Shown: positions 1 through 11,667, counted from the stretch's first letter. The stretch is DNA of 64,000 nucleotides from Malacoraja senta (GCA_038087875.1 CM075987.1:26724001-26788000), one strand, 5' to 3'. Notes: generated by a model not told the origin, from the sequence alone. Made by a program: numbers and translations.

Positions 1-287
1 GCTGCCTTACAGCGCTTGCAGGGCCAGAGACCCGGGTTCGATCCCGATTACAGGTGCTGTCTGTACTGAGTTTGTACGTTCTCCCCGTGACTGCGTGGGC
101 TTTATCCGAGATCTTCGGTTTCCTCCCACACTCCAAAGACACACAGATGTTAGGCTAATTGGCTTGGTACAAATGTCAAATTGTCCCTAGCGTGGAAAGG
201 ATAGCGTTAATGAAAGGGGAATCACTGGTCGGTGCGGACTCGTGGGCTGCAGGGCCTGTTTCCGCGCTGTATCTCTAAACTAAACTA
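1..287 (+). mobile_element. tRNA-derived V-SINE (HE1-like), 5' end cut by window edge
   Basis: B-box GGTTCGATCC, central domain GTTCTCCCCGTG..TTTCCTCCCACACTCCAAAGAC, tail GGGCCTGTTTCCGCGCTGTATCTC-(TAAAC)n. Confidence 0.85.
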
Positions 288-568
288 TCTTTACATTTCA
301 GTGCCCATATACAGTACATCCCTTGCACAGTTGGGAATCCAACATCTCGAAGAAAAACCCGATTCTCAATTAATTGTCAACAGTAGTTAAAACAAAAGAT
401 GGTCATACAAGAAGATAGATAAATAATGCTAGCGTAACTCAGCGGGACAGGCAGCATCTCTGGAGAGAAGGAATGGGTGACGTTTCGGGTCGAGACCCTT
501 TTTCTGACAGGTTTCATATAGGTGTAGGAAGGAACTGCAGATGCAGGCTAATTCTCCTCAGTGTGCAG

Positions 569-930
569 TATAATAATACTAATAATGGATGGGATTTATA
601 TAGCGCCTTTCTAATACTCAAGGCGCTTTACATCGCATTATTCATTCACTCCTCAGTCACACTCGGTGGTGGTGAGCTACTTCTGTAGCCACAGCTGCCC
701 TGGGGCAGACTGACGGAAGCGTGGCTGCTAATCTGCGCCTACGGCCCCTCCGACCACCACCAATCACTCACACACACTCACACACATTCACACACATTCA
801 CACGCAGGCAAAGGTGGGTGAAGTGTCTTGCCCAAGGACACAACGACAGTATGCACTCCAAGCGGGATTCGAACCGGCTACCTTCCGGTTGCCAGCCGAA
901 CACTTAGCCCATTGCGCCATCTGTCGTCCG
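569..930 (-). mobile_element. tRNA-derived SINE with CORE-like centre and L2-type 3' tail
   Basis: Minus strand: A-box TGGCGCAATGG, B-box GGTTCGAATCC, GTGTCCTTGGGCAAGACACTTCACC, tail TGTAAAGCGCCTTGAG..AAAGGCGCTATATAAA then (ATT)n. Confidence 0.75.
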
Positions 931-2176
931 TGTGCGGGGATCGCTGGTCGGCGCGGACTCGGTGGGCCGAAGGGCCTGTTTCCGCGCAAGTAAACCAAAC
1001 ATATGCCGGTTCTGATTTGTTTTGAACATTTGCATATCTCTCGTTCCCCTCTCCCCTGACGCTCAGTCTGAAGAAGGGTCTCGACCCAAAACGTCACCTG
1101 TTCCTTCTCTCCAGAGATGCTGCCTGACCCGCTGAATTACTCCAGCGTTTTGTAATCCCTCATTATCGTTAACTAAACTAAAGGAATACGGGCTAACTTA
1201 TCGGAATGCTCGACGCAGTGTGCACTATTTTCCAGCAGCTGAGGATATGTTCACAGATGTGATTAAAATGCAAGATTAATCTTTGCATTAAATTTTCAAA
1301 AGAACATCTCATAAAAGGATAACACTTGACTTTGCCTTCTCCATGAAAACATAATAAAACCACAACGAACGGTTGATTGACCGACTTTCAATTATTCCAA
1401 TCATTACACCTTCTAATGGTTGTTTTGTCCCTTGAATAAATGAACCCTTTAATTACTCGAGTCCCTCTAGCTCGATTAGCCAGCTTGATATGTTGCCTCC
1501 GAAACTATCGGAAAATCCACGGCGTCCTTTCAACTTCCACAACTGCCTGAGCAGCAACAGCAACTTCCACAACTCAGTGCCGCACCGCTTTGATCTCTCA
1601 TTTTCACACCTTACCCTGGCCTCTCAGTTCAGTTTAGTTTATTGTCATGTGTACCGAGGTACAGTGAAAAGCTTTTGTTGCGTGCTAACCGGTGAGCAGA
1701 AGGGGGACCTGGTCACGGGGGAGCCGCCATGAGTGGGGGGGGGGGGGGGGTGGGGGAAGACAAGAACAATGAGGGACCTGTTGCAGGATACTTTGTCAAT
1801 GCCCTTTACATGGCCACTATTTGCATACCTTGGATATGCAAGCTAAGAATTTCACTGTGACCTGTGACATTAAAGTAATCAATTCAGTTCACAACAAGTG
1901 AATATTGATTTCTCAAACTTCAAGTAGCCTCTGCATCCCGTCTCTCCGTCCCTCTCCCCACCCTAGCCGTTTTTACTAGCGTCCTGCTGAGTTCCATTAT
2001 CTATAGACCTAATTTTCACAGCCCACAGCTAACACTGGACTGCTTCCGTGATCATCATTACTTTTTTTGTATCTCATTCATTTCTTTGTTCACAGTTCGT
2101 GGAAGGTGGATTCACAGGCAGATAGGATGGTCAAGGACTTTTGGCAAAAGGGCCTTCATAAGTCAAGCCAAAAGAA

Positions 2177-2217
2177 GAGTGTGAGTGAGTGTGAGTGAGT
2201 GTGAGTGTGAGTGTGAG

Positions 2218-2249
<32 letters not shown>

Positions 2250-2741
2250 TGTGAGAGTGAGTGTGAGAGTGAGTGAGTGTGTGTGTGTGTGTGTGTGAGA
2301 GTGAGTGTGTGTGTGTGTGTGTGTGTGAGAGTGAGTGTGTGTGTGTGAGAGTGAGTGAGTGTGTGTGAGTGTGTGTGTGAGTGAGTGTGTGTGTGAGAGT
2401 GAGTGTGTGTGTGAGAGTGAGTGTGTGTGAGAGTGAGTGTGTGTGTGAGTGTGTGTCTGTGTGTGTGAGAGTGTGTGAGTGTGTGAGAGTGAGTGTGTGT
2501 GTGTGTGTGAGAGTGTGTGAGTGTGAGAGTGAGTGAGTGTGTGTGTGTGTGTGTGTGAGAGTGAGTGTGTGTGTGAGAGTGAGTGTGTGTGTGAGAGTGA
2601 GTGTGTGTGTGTGTGTGAGAGTGTGTGAGTGTGAGAGTGAGTGAGTGTGTGTGTGTGTGTGTGTGAGAGTGAGTGTGTGTGTGAGAGTGAGTGTGTGTGT
2701 GTGTGAGTGTGTGTGTGTGTGTGAGAGTGAGTGTGTGTGTG

Positions 2742-2775
<34 letters not shown>

Positions 2776-2808
2776 AGTGAGTGTGTGTGTGAGAGTGAGT
2801 GTGTGTGT

Positions 2809-2851
<43 letters not shown>

Positions 2852-3110
2852 AGTGAGTGTGTGTGTGAGAGTGAGTGTGTGTGTGTGTGTGTGTGAGTGT
2901 GTGTGTGTGAGAGTGAGTGTGTGTGTGTGTGAGTGTGTGTGTGTGTGTGTGTGAGTGTGTGTGTGTGTGTGTGTGTGAGTGTGTGTGTGTGTGAGTGTGT
3001 GTGTGTGAGAGTGAGTGTGTGTGTGTGTGAGTGTGTGTGTGTGTGTGTGTGAGTGTGTGTGTGTGTGTGACAATGCGTGAGTGCATGTGTGTGCGTGTGA
3101 GTGCGTGTGA
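2177..3110. repeat. Compound (GT)n/(GA)n/(GAGT)n microsatellite, about 930 bp
   Basis: Directly visible; source of the His/Thr and Val/Cys ORF artefacts. Confidence 0.97.
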
Positions 3111-3510
3111 GTGCGTGTTAGCGTGCAGGGATCGCTGGTCAGCATGGACACAGTGGGTCAAAGAGCCTGTCTCTGCACTGTATCTCCAAACTAAATTAAA
3201 CTTTGTAAAATGGAAAGCAAAACAAACCGATTAAAGTTCCTTATGAATAATTCCTCGCAGCAGTGTTAAAAATATTTTTTTATTACAAATGGATATTTAA
3301 AAGCTTCATTTTATCACTTTTTCTACTAATTCAGAGTGTTGGATTTGCACTGTCGTCCTTTGTAGCTCTGCTGTATAATATTAATTAATTGACAGATTAA
3401 CTCCAGCCGCATATGCCAAAATCATATGGTTGTCTCCATTTTCCTGCTCAGTTTATCAAATTAGGATTCATGGTCCAATTACTCATTCACCTCAGCAAGT
3501 GGGTAATTTG

Positions 3511-3610
3511 TGGGGACAATCAGCCATGATCACAATGAATGGCGGTGCTGGCTCGAAGGGTCGAATGGCCTCCTCCTGCACCTATTTTCTATGTTTCTAT
3601 GTTTCTATGT
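3511..3610 (+). mobile_element. CR1 LINE 3' UTR fragment
   Basis: CAGCCATGATC..TCGAAGGGTCGAATGGCC..(TATGTTTC)n tail, same as the 7921 element. Confidence 0.75.
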
Positions 3611-3613
3611 CCC

Positions 3614-3616
<3 letters not shown>

Positions 3617-3699
<83 letters not shown>
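3617..3699. repeat. (GT)n microsatellite inside a V-SINE 3' fragment
   Basis: Flanked by TGTCCCT and CGGATAG..GGGGATCGCAGGTC, the SINE context of the short GTGTGT motif. Confidence 0.9.
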
Positions 3700-3700
<1 letters not shown>

Positions 3701-4072
3701 GGATAGAGCTAGTGTAGGGGGGATCGCAGGTCAGCGCGGACTCAGTGGGCTGAAGGGCCTGTATCCCTCAAGAACCAATCTAAACTTTCCCAAGCATGGA
3801 GAGAGAAAAATACCCGAGTCAGACAGTTAATGATGGAGAAAAAAAAATCCAACAGGCTGGATCATGCAAACACAAATTACAACCCGTTTGCACTTTAACC
3901 CTGGGTAATGTTAGTCTGGAAGAAATAGGCACTGCAAAGCACATTAGTGGAATAAATAACCTTTAGATGAGCAGCCATGGTACACATTGTTTCTGCTTCT
4001 AATAGGGGTTACACAATAGAGCCAGGCAATGGAACATTAAGGCAAAAGATTCGGAACATCAACAAATCAGCT

Positions 4073-4413
4073 GTGTTTAAGAAGGAACTGCAGGTGCTGG
4101 AAAATCGAAGGTAGACAAAAATGCTGGAGAAACTCAGCGGGTGCAGCAGCATCTATGGAGCGAAGGAAATAGGCAACGTTTCAGGCCGAAACCCTTCAGG
4201 GTTTCGGCCCGAAACGTTGCCTATTTCCTTCAGGGTTTCAAACGTTGCCAAACCCTTCAGGGTTTCGACCCGAAACGTTGCCTATTTCCTTCAGGGTTTC
4301 AAACGTTGCCAAACCCTTCCGGGTTTTTTTCGGCCCAAAACGTTGCCTATTTCCTTCGCTCCATAGATGCTGCTGGGCCCGCTGAGTTTCTCCAGCATTT
4401 TTGTCTACCAGCA
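4073..4413. mobile_element. Penelope-derived fold-back element with central 61-bp tandem units
   Basis: Inverted arms (GGTAGACAAAAATGCTGGAG... / ...CTCCAGCATTTTTGTCTACC) match the 3' end of the PLE at 41901; TSD AAATCAGCT at 4064-4072 and 4414-4422. Confidence 0.8.
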
Positions 4414-4974
4414 AAATCAGCTTTGCTATTTTTGGTTGTTTGAAAACCACAAAACATTTACACAGCTAAAGTTTCATTAAAAATTTCTCGAGGCAATGCA
4501 AACGTGGTAGCCCGCTCCGGTTCCCAGTGTTTGAGAATTGGAATGGCACATAGAATTGGGGGAGGTTTGAAATTTAGGTTTACCATTTTGCAACGGAAGA
4601 TAGACACAGCAAGCTGTTGCAACCGATGCGTTCCAGGCCCCCGCCATTAATTGTGAAAATTCCTTGCCCTCAACATCTCCAGTAAACTCCAGCAAATCTC
4701 CCCTCAACCTCTGCTGTTCCTGAGAAAATAATCCAGTTCTATCCAACCTCTTTGGAGCTGAAGCCCTCTAATGCAGGCAGCATACTGATAAAGCTCGTCT
4801 AACCCCTCTCCAAAGTCTCCACATCCTCCCTGTATTAGAAACATAGAAAACAGGTGCAGGAGTAGGCCATTCGACCCTTCGAGCCGGCACCGCCATTCAA
4901 TAAGATCATGGCTGATCATCCACAATCAGTACCCCGTTCCTGCTTTCTCCCCATATCGCTTGATTCCGTTAGCC

Positions 4975-5281
4975 CCAAGAGCTCTCCCGAGTTAAAAAAA
5001 AATCAAACTCGTGGTAAGCACGGAGAATGAACGTAGCGGGTACGTCGGAGCTCGGGGACGTCTCTTAGCGGCTCGTAACGCTAACGGCAGGTACTCGGGA
5101 AGACTCGCTAATGGCATGTAAGCACGGGAAGACTCCTGAAGATTTTTTTTATCAACATGTTGAAAAATGTCCATGAGAGCCTCGAGTACCGACGAGCGCC
5201 CATTTCCGTAAATCTCCAAGTTTGAATCAGGGCAAACTCGGGAGAGCTCTTGGAATGAACTCGTACCGTGGGACAGGGCTA
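4975..5281. mobile_element. PIF/Harbinger-type MITE, left TIR truncated
   Basis: Same family as 11012, 16421 and 18449; right TIR ..GAACTCGTACCGTGGGACAGGGCTA. Confidence 0.8.
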
Positions 5282-6202
5282 TAACTCTCTAACAGGGCGA
5301 CCAGAACTGCAAGCAATATTCTCCAAAGTTTACAAATAAAGCGCAGTATAGACTTGGGTGGCTGTACAAAAAGCTATTGTAATCTTTGGAGGAAATAAAA
5401 TCACACCAAATTCAAGACAATGCTCCAATAAAATAAAACAGCGTGAGGCATTAAATATTAAACGTTGCTGAAGCCATGAAATAAGTGCAAGATATTTATC
5501 TACCTTTCCTTTGTTAGGTTTTGAATAAGAGCAATCATCCCTTTGAAATAAATATGTTAATATTGTACATCCATTAACTTAAAACAGCAGAAAACAGGGT
5601 ATTAAATAAATACATTTTAACTGTAATTCTATGGTTGAAAGTTGTAAATTATTCCATTAGCGGATTCCTATAATGTAGATAATCAGCATAAAAGTTCTTA
5701 TTCTGGGTAAATGGGATATTTTACTCTTATTATCACAGTGCGTGGAAAGAAGTCATTTGCACCATTGTGTTCATGCAATCTTTCAAAGTGCCAACCAATT
5801 AATTCTGTTCCCTTGTTTGCAAACCCGGAGACATGTTCATCCATGTAAAGTGTACTTAAAACATCAAAATCGTTTTTTTTGAATGGTTAAGATCCAAAGT
5901 CAACTGTGCATGCAGATAGAAGCATACACAAGCCAAACTACGCAGAGAAAGAAGAGGGCCTCGACCCAAAACGTCACCCGTTCCTTCTCTCCAGGGACGC
6001 TGCCTGTCCCGCTGAGTTACTCCAGCATTTTGTGTCTATCTTCAGACAAAGAAAAAAGCTGCATTCTAACGTTAACAACCCATCATCTGCTATCTATGTT
6101 GTTTTGTTTGTTTTACTCTCTCTCTCTCTCTTTCTCTCTCTGTCTCTCTGCTCATCCATGGAGACAGTAGACAATGCACCTTGTGTCAAGGCCTATTTAG
6201 AA

Positions 6203-6460
6203 GGTAGACAAAAGTGTTGGAGAAACTCAGCGGGTAACGGCCCGAAACTCAGGCAACGTTTCGGGCCGAAACCCTGAAGGGTTTGGCAACGTTTGAAACC
6301 CTGAAGGAAATAGGCAACGTTTCGGGCCAAAACCCTTCGGGTTTCGGCCCGAAACGTTGCCTATTTCCTTCGCTCCATAGATGCTGCTGCACCCGCTGAG
6401 TTTCTCCAGCACTTTTGTCTACCTACGATTTTCCAGCATCTGCAGTTCCTTCTTAAACAC
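6203..6460. mobile_element. Penelope-derived fold-back element, opposite orientation to the 4073 copy
   Basis: Inverted arms and the same internal unit; TSD AAGG(CC/TT)TATTTAGAA at 6188-6202 and 6461-6475. Confidence 0.8.
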
Positions 6461-6486
6461 AAGGTTTATTTAGAACCCGGGTGAAG

Positions 6487-6715
6487 AGCGCCAAGATGGC
6501 GCAGCGGTAAAGTTGCTGCCTTATAGCGCCAGAGACCCGGGTTCAATCCTGACTCCAGGCGCTGTCTATCTGTTGAAACCAAAGCTCCCGGAGAAAACCC
6601 ACGCAGGTCACGGGGAGAACGTACAAACTCCGTACAGACAGCACCCGTAGTCAGGATCGAACCCGGGTCTCTGGCGCTGTGAGGCAGCAACTCTACCGCT
6701 GCGCCACCCTGCCGC
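6487..6715. mobile_element. Two V-SINE 5' heads in inverted orientation
   Basis: + head at 6487-6570 (TGGCGCAGCGG..GGTTCAATCC) and - head at about 6585-6715. Confidence 0.8.
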
Positions 6716-7169
6716 TCCAAAACTTCAACAGGGAAATTCACTTAATTCATCCAAAGGAAAACAGACAGGACTTAAGCAAATCCGGGCACTTACACGCCTT
6801 CTGTAGTTCTAGATTACTGGTTACAGCAGATTTAAGCATACCGTTTATTTCCATTCTGGCCCTTGTCCACCATTCACACTCCAACCCAAAGATGGCAATC
6901 TCACCATCTGTAAAGGATCTTCTTTTATACACATGATCCAAACTTCCTGTCACCCGACAAGGCCGTCCTGTCACGTGAAAAACCATTGGAGAGAACCAGC
7001 TTTGATTAAACTTTAACACATTAATCAATACCATACTTGATTTTATTAAACAATGTGAGTTGCACACACAGACCACAATGTTTACATGCCCCAAGTGGAA
7101 TGTACAATATGTGTCGGAAGGAACTGCAGATGCCGGCTTACACCGAAGATAGACACAAAATGCTGGAGT

Positions 7170-7540
7170 AACGTTTCGCTGAACACCTTCGCTCAGTCCG
7201 CCTGGACCTAACGGATCTCCCGGTTGCCAAACACTTTAATTCCCCTTCCCATTCCCACACTGACCTTTCTGTCCTGGGCCTCCTCCATTGTCAGCGTGAG
7301 GCCCAGCGCAAATTGGAGGAACAGTGCCTCATATTTCGCTTGGGCAGCTCACACCCCAGCGGTATGGATATTGATTTCTCTAACTTCAAGTAGCCCCGGC
7401 ATTCCCTCTCTCTCCATCACCGCCCCTACTTTTTGGCATATCTTTCATTCATTTGTTCTATATCTCTCTGCATCTATATCTCTCATTTCCCTTTGCCCTG
7501 AGTAGTCTGAAGAAGGGTTCTCGACTGAAAACGTCGCCCA
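7170..7540 (+). mobile_element. Penelope-like 3' fragment (end of GIY-YIG region plus 3' repeat)
   Basis: Matches the endonuclease end of the 42113 ORF (TTGGAGGAACAG..CATATTTCGCTTGGGCAG) and ends in a degenerate CTGAAGAAGGG motif. Confidence 0.7.
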
Positions 7541-7589
7541 TGATTTTGTACACCTTTATAAGATGCTACTGCGCTCCAAGGAATAGTCA

Positions 7590-10345
7590 CACAATGCTGG
7601 AGTAACTCAGCGGGACAGGCAGCATCGCTGGAGAGAAGGAACGGGTGACGTTTCAGGTCGAGACATCTTCTTCAGACTGAGAGTTAAGGGAGGGGGAGGA
7701 GGAGACACAGAGATAAGGAAGCATAAGGTGTGAGAATGAGACATCAAACGGGGTGGAGATCAAGGAAGTCGTACAGATCATTGTTAGCTGGGAGAAGGTA
7801 ACAACAAAGCAAACAGAGAAAATATGTAATCAGGAAGTCAGACGGGTCGGAGGACTGGGAAGGGGAAGGGATGGAGAGAGAAGGAAAGCAAGGGTTACTT
7901 GAAATTAGAGGTCAATGTTCATAGAAACATAGAAACATAGAAAATAGGTGCAGGAGTAGGCCAGTCGGCCCTTCGAGCCTGCACCGCCATTCAATATGAT
8001 CATGGCTGATCATCCAACTCAGTATCCTGTACCTGCCTTCTCTCCATACCCCCTGATCCCTTTAGCCACAAGGGCCACATCTAACTCTCTCTTAAATATA
8101 GCCAATGAACTGGCCTCAACTACCCTCTGTGGCAGAGAATTCCAGAGATTCACCACTCTCTGTGTGAAAAATGTTTTTCTCATCTCCGTCCTAAAAGTTG
8201 TCCCCTTTATCCTTAAACTGTGACCCCTTGTTCTGGACTTCCCCAACATCGGGAACAAACTTCCTGCATCTAGCCTGTCCAACCCCTTAAGAATTTTGTA
8301 CGTTTCTGTAAGATCCCCCCTCAGTCTTCTAAATTCCAGCGAGTACAAGCCGAGTCTATCCAGTCTTTCCTCATATGAAAGTCCTGACATCCCAGGAATC
8401 AGTCTGGTGAACCTTCTCTGTACTCCCTCTATGGCAAGAATGTCCTTCCTCAGATTAGGAGACCAAAACTGTACGCAATACTCCAGTGTACCAAGACCCT
8501 GTACAACTGCAGTAGAACCTCCCTGCTCCTATACTCAAATCCTTTTGCTATGAATGCTAACATACCATTCGCTTTCTTCACTGCCTGCTGCACCTGCATG
8601 CCCACTTTCAATGACTGGTGTACCATGACACCCAGGTCTCGTTGCATCTCCCATTTTCCTAATCGGCCTTTATCCACATTTATCCACATTATACTGCATC
8701 TGCCATGCATTTGCCCACTCACCCAGCCTATCCAAGTCATCTTGCAGCCTCCTAGCACCCTCCTCACAGCTAACACTGCACCCCAGCTTTGTGTCATCCG
8801 CAAACTTGGAGATGTTGCATTCAATTCCCTCGTCCAGATCATTAATATATATTGTAAATAGCTGGGGTCCCAGCACTGAGCCTTGCGGTACCCCACTAGT
8901 CACTGCCTGCCATTCTGAAAAGGACCCGTTTACTCCTACTCTTTGCTTCCTGTCTGCCAGCCAGTTCTCTACCCATATCAATACTAAACCCCCAATGCCA
9001 TGTGCTTTAAGTTTGTATATTAATCTCTTATGTGGGACCTTGTCGAATGCCTTCTGAAAGTCCAGATATAACACATCCACTGGTTCTCCCTTATCCACTC
9101 TACTAGTTACATGCTCGAAAAATTCTATAAGATTCGTCAGACATGATTTACCTTTCGTAAATCCATGCTGACTTTGTCCAATGATTTCACCACTTTCCAA
9201 ATGTGCTGCTATCCCATCTTTAATAACTGACTCTAGCAGTTTCCCCACTACCGGTGTTAGACTAACTGGTCTGTAATTCCCCATTTTCTCTCTCCCTCCC
9301 TTTTTAAAAAGTGGGGTTACGTTAGCTACCCTCCAATCCTCAGGAACTACTCCAGAATCTAAAGAGTTTTGAAAGATTATCACTAATGCATTCACTATTT
9401 CTGGGGCCACTTCCTTAAGTACTCAGAGATGCAGCCTATCTGGCCCTGGGGATTTATCGACCATTAATCCATTCAATTTACCTAACACCACTTCCCGGCT
9501 AACCTGGATTTCCCTCAGTTTCTCCATATCATTTGACCCCCGGTCCCCCGCTATTTCCGGTAGATTAATTAAGTCTTCCTTAGTGAAGACAGAACCAAAG
9601 TAGTTATTCAATTAGTCTGCCATTTCCTTGTTCCCCATGATCAGTTCACCTGTTTCTAACTGCAAGGGACCTACATTTGTTTTAACTAATCTTTTTCTCT
9701 TGACATTTCTATAAAAACCTTTGCAGTCAGTCTCTATGTTCCCTGCCAATTTTCTTTCATACTCTATTTTCCCTTTCCTAATTAAACTCTTTGTCCTCCT
9801 CTGCTGGACTCTGAATTTCTCCTAGTCCTCCGGTAGGCTGCTTTTTCTGGCTAATTTGTACGCTTCATCTTTTGTTTTGATACTATCCCCGATTTCCCTT
9901 GTTATCCACGGATACACTACCTTCCCTGATTCATTCTTTTGCCAAACTGGGATGAGCAATTGTTGTAGTTCATCCATGCAGCCTTTAGATGCCTTCCATT
10001 GCATATCCACCGTCAACCCTTTAAGAATCAATTGCCAGTCTATCTTGGCCAATTCACGTCTCATACCCTCAAAGTTACCTTTCTTTAAGTTCAGAACCCT
10101 TGTTTCTGAATTAATTATGTCACTCTCCATCCTAATGAAGAACTCAACCATATTATGGTTCATACCACTGGGTGTGAGATGCCCAAGCGAAATATGAGAT
10201 GCTGTTCCTCCAATTTGCGCTGGGCCTCACTCTGACAATGGAGGAGGCCCTGGACAGAAAGGTCTGTGTGGGAATGGGAGGGGGAGTTAAAGTGTTTGGC
10301 AACCGGGAGATCAGGTAGGTTCAGGCGGGCTGAGCGGAGGTGTTC
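7590..10345 (-). mobile_element. Penelope-like 3' fragment split by a CR1 insertion (pieces 7590-7920 and 10157-10345)
   Basis: Sequence resumes across the CR1 at GTTCATA; ORF 10160..10450 has EHLRS..PVAKHFNSPSHS..KLEEQHLIFRLG. Confidence 0.7.
7921..10156 (-). mobile_element. 5'-truncated CR1 LINE, ORF2 reverse transcriptase remnant with frameshifts and stops
   Basis: ORFs 8670..9410 ([45 protein letters not shown]), 8019..8390, 9423..9611 and 9822..10163; (TATGTTTC)n tail; GTTCATA duplicated at both ends. Confidence 0.95.
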
Positions 10346-11011
10346 AGAGAAACTCCAGCATTTTGTGTCTATCTTCGGTGCAAACCAGCATCTGCATTTC
10401 CTTACGACACATATTGTACATATTGGAGGGGGAGTTAAAGTGTTTGGCAAACGGGTGATCAGGTAGGTTTAGGCGGACAGAGAGGAGGTGTATCCAAGGA
10501 ATAGAGTCCCCGCTTGCTCCCCCTCTTCCTTGTAGTCTAATCCCAGCTGACATGCGGCCCCTCAGCCTAATGCACTGAATGGAAGATGGACTGAGTAGAG
10601 GATTCTACTTGTGACACTTTTGTTTTGTTCTGTCTCCTCACTGTCAGGCTCTTCGCCGGACAGTACCATTCATCAGAGCGTGTGAGGAAGTGCATGCGAG
10701 ATCAATTGTAGTCTGGGCCTCCGTGGCATTCAGAAGAATTACAATCAGTTCCGCTCAAGCGGACAGCTGATAACTGACTGTCTCCCTGTGAAGACTACAA
10801 ATTGAAAACCTTCAACTATGTTCCGTCCATGCATTGTAAAATGTCTCCACTGTAATGGAGTAGGCCTTTATTTCCACTCTGACTGGCCCTTTGTCTATTC
10901 CATGTCAGTTTCATACCATCAAAATCAACTGCTCACTGATTTTTTCCCCACAGCTGAACCACTGCGTTGTACACGCATGCCTAAACTACTCTAGGATCAG
11001 CCTCCCTCTAA

Positions 11012-11331
11012 TAGCCCTGTCCCACAGTGCGAGTTCATTCCAAGAGCTCTCCCGAGTTTTTTTTTTAAATCACTCATGGTAAGCACGGAGAATGAACGTA
11101 GCGGGTACGTCGGAGCTCGGGGACATCTCTTAGCGCTAACGGCAGGTACTCAGGAAGACTCGCTAAAGGCAGGTAAGCACGGGAAGACTCGTGAAGATTT
11201 TTCAACATGATGAAAAATGTCCATGAGAGCCCCGAGTACCGACGAGCGGCCATTACCGTAAATCTCCAAGTTTGAATCAGGGCAAACTCGGGAGAGCTCT
11301 TGGAATGAACTCGTACTGTGGGACAGGGGTT
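11012..11331. mobile_element. PIF/Harbinger-type MITE
   Basis: About 45-bp TIRs (TAGCCCTGTCCCAC..AAGAGCTCTCCCGAGTTT); TAA/TGA flanks; non-coding. Confidence 0.85.
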
Positions 11332-11356
11332 TGAGAAAAACTAGATAACATTCTTA

Positions 11357-11667
11357 GGGCGGCACGGTGGCGCAGCGGTGGAGTTGCTGCCTCACAGCGC
11401 CAGAGACCCGGGTTCGATCCTGACTACCGGTGCCATCTGTACGGAGATTGTACGTTCTCCCTGTAACCCGCGTGGGTTTTCTCCGGGTACTCCTGTTTCC
11501 TCCCTCATTCCAAAGACCTACAAGTTTGTAGGTTAATTGGCTTGGTATAAATGTCTAGTTGTCCCTAGTGTGTGTAGGATAGTGTTAGTGCGCGGGGATC
11601 GCTGGTCGGCGCCGACTCGGTGGGCCAAAGGGCCTGTTTCCGTGATGTTTCTCTAAACTAAACTAAA
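11357..11667 (+). mobile_element. Full-length V-SINE (HE1-like)
   Basis: GGGCGGCACGGTGGCGCAGCGG head, B-box, central domain, (TAAAC)n tail. Confidence 0.9.

Noticed and set aside
2156..3161. 331-332 aa His/Thr/Ser-rich ORFs
   Set aside because: They are translations of the GT/GA microsatellite; the same applies to ORFs at 3430-3830 and 21440-21929
4198..4350. Possible CRISPR-like repeat array (also 28305-28490)
   Set aside because: Units are head-to-tail with no unique spacers, there are no cas genes, and the context is a eukaryotic retroelement
8670..9410. Functional reverse transcriptase gene
   Set aside because: 5'-truncated CR1 broken into several frames, with deletions relative to the 49177 copy
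10620..10780. Strong polypyrimidine tract ending in CAG at 10648 as a coding exon start
   Set aside because: All three frames stop within about 125 nt, there is no convincing donor or recognisable peptide, and it cannot be supported without RNA data
11357..11430. tRNA gene (and the similar A/B-box heads throughout)
   Set aside because: Each continues into SINE body and tail with no terminator; these are SINE heads
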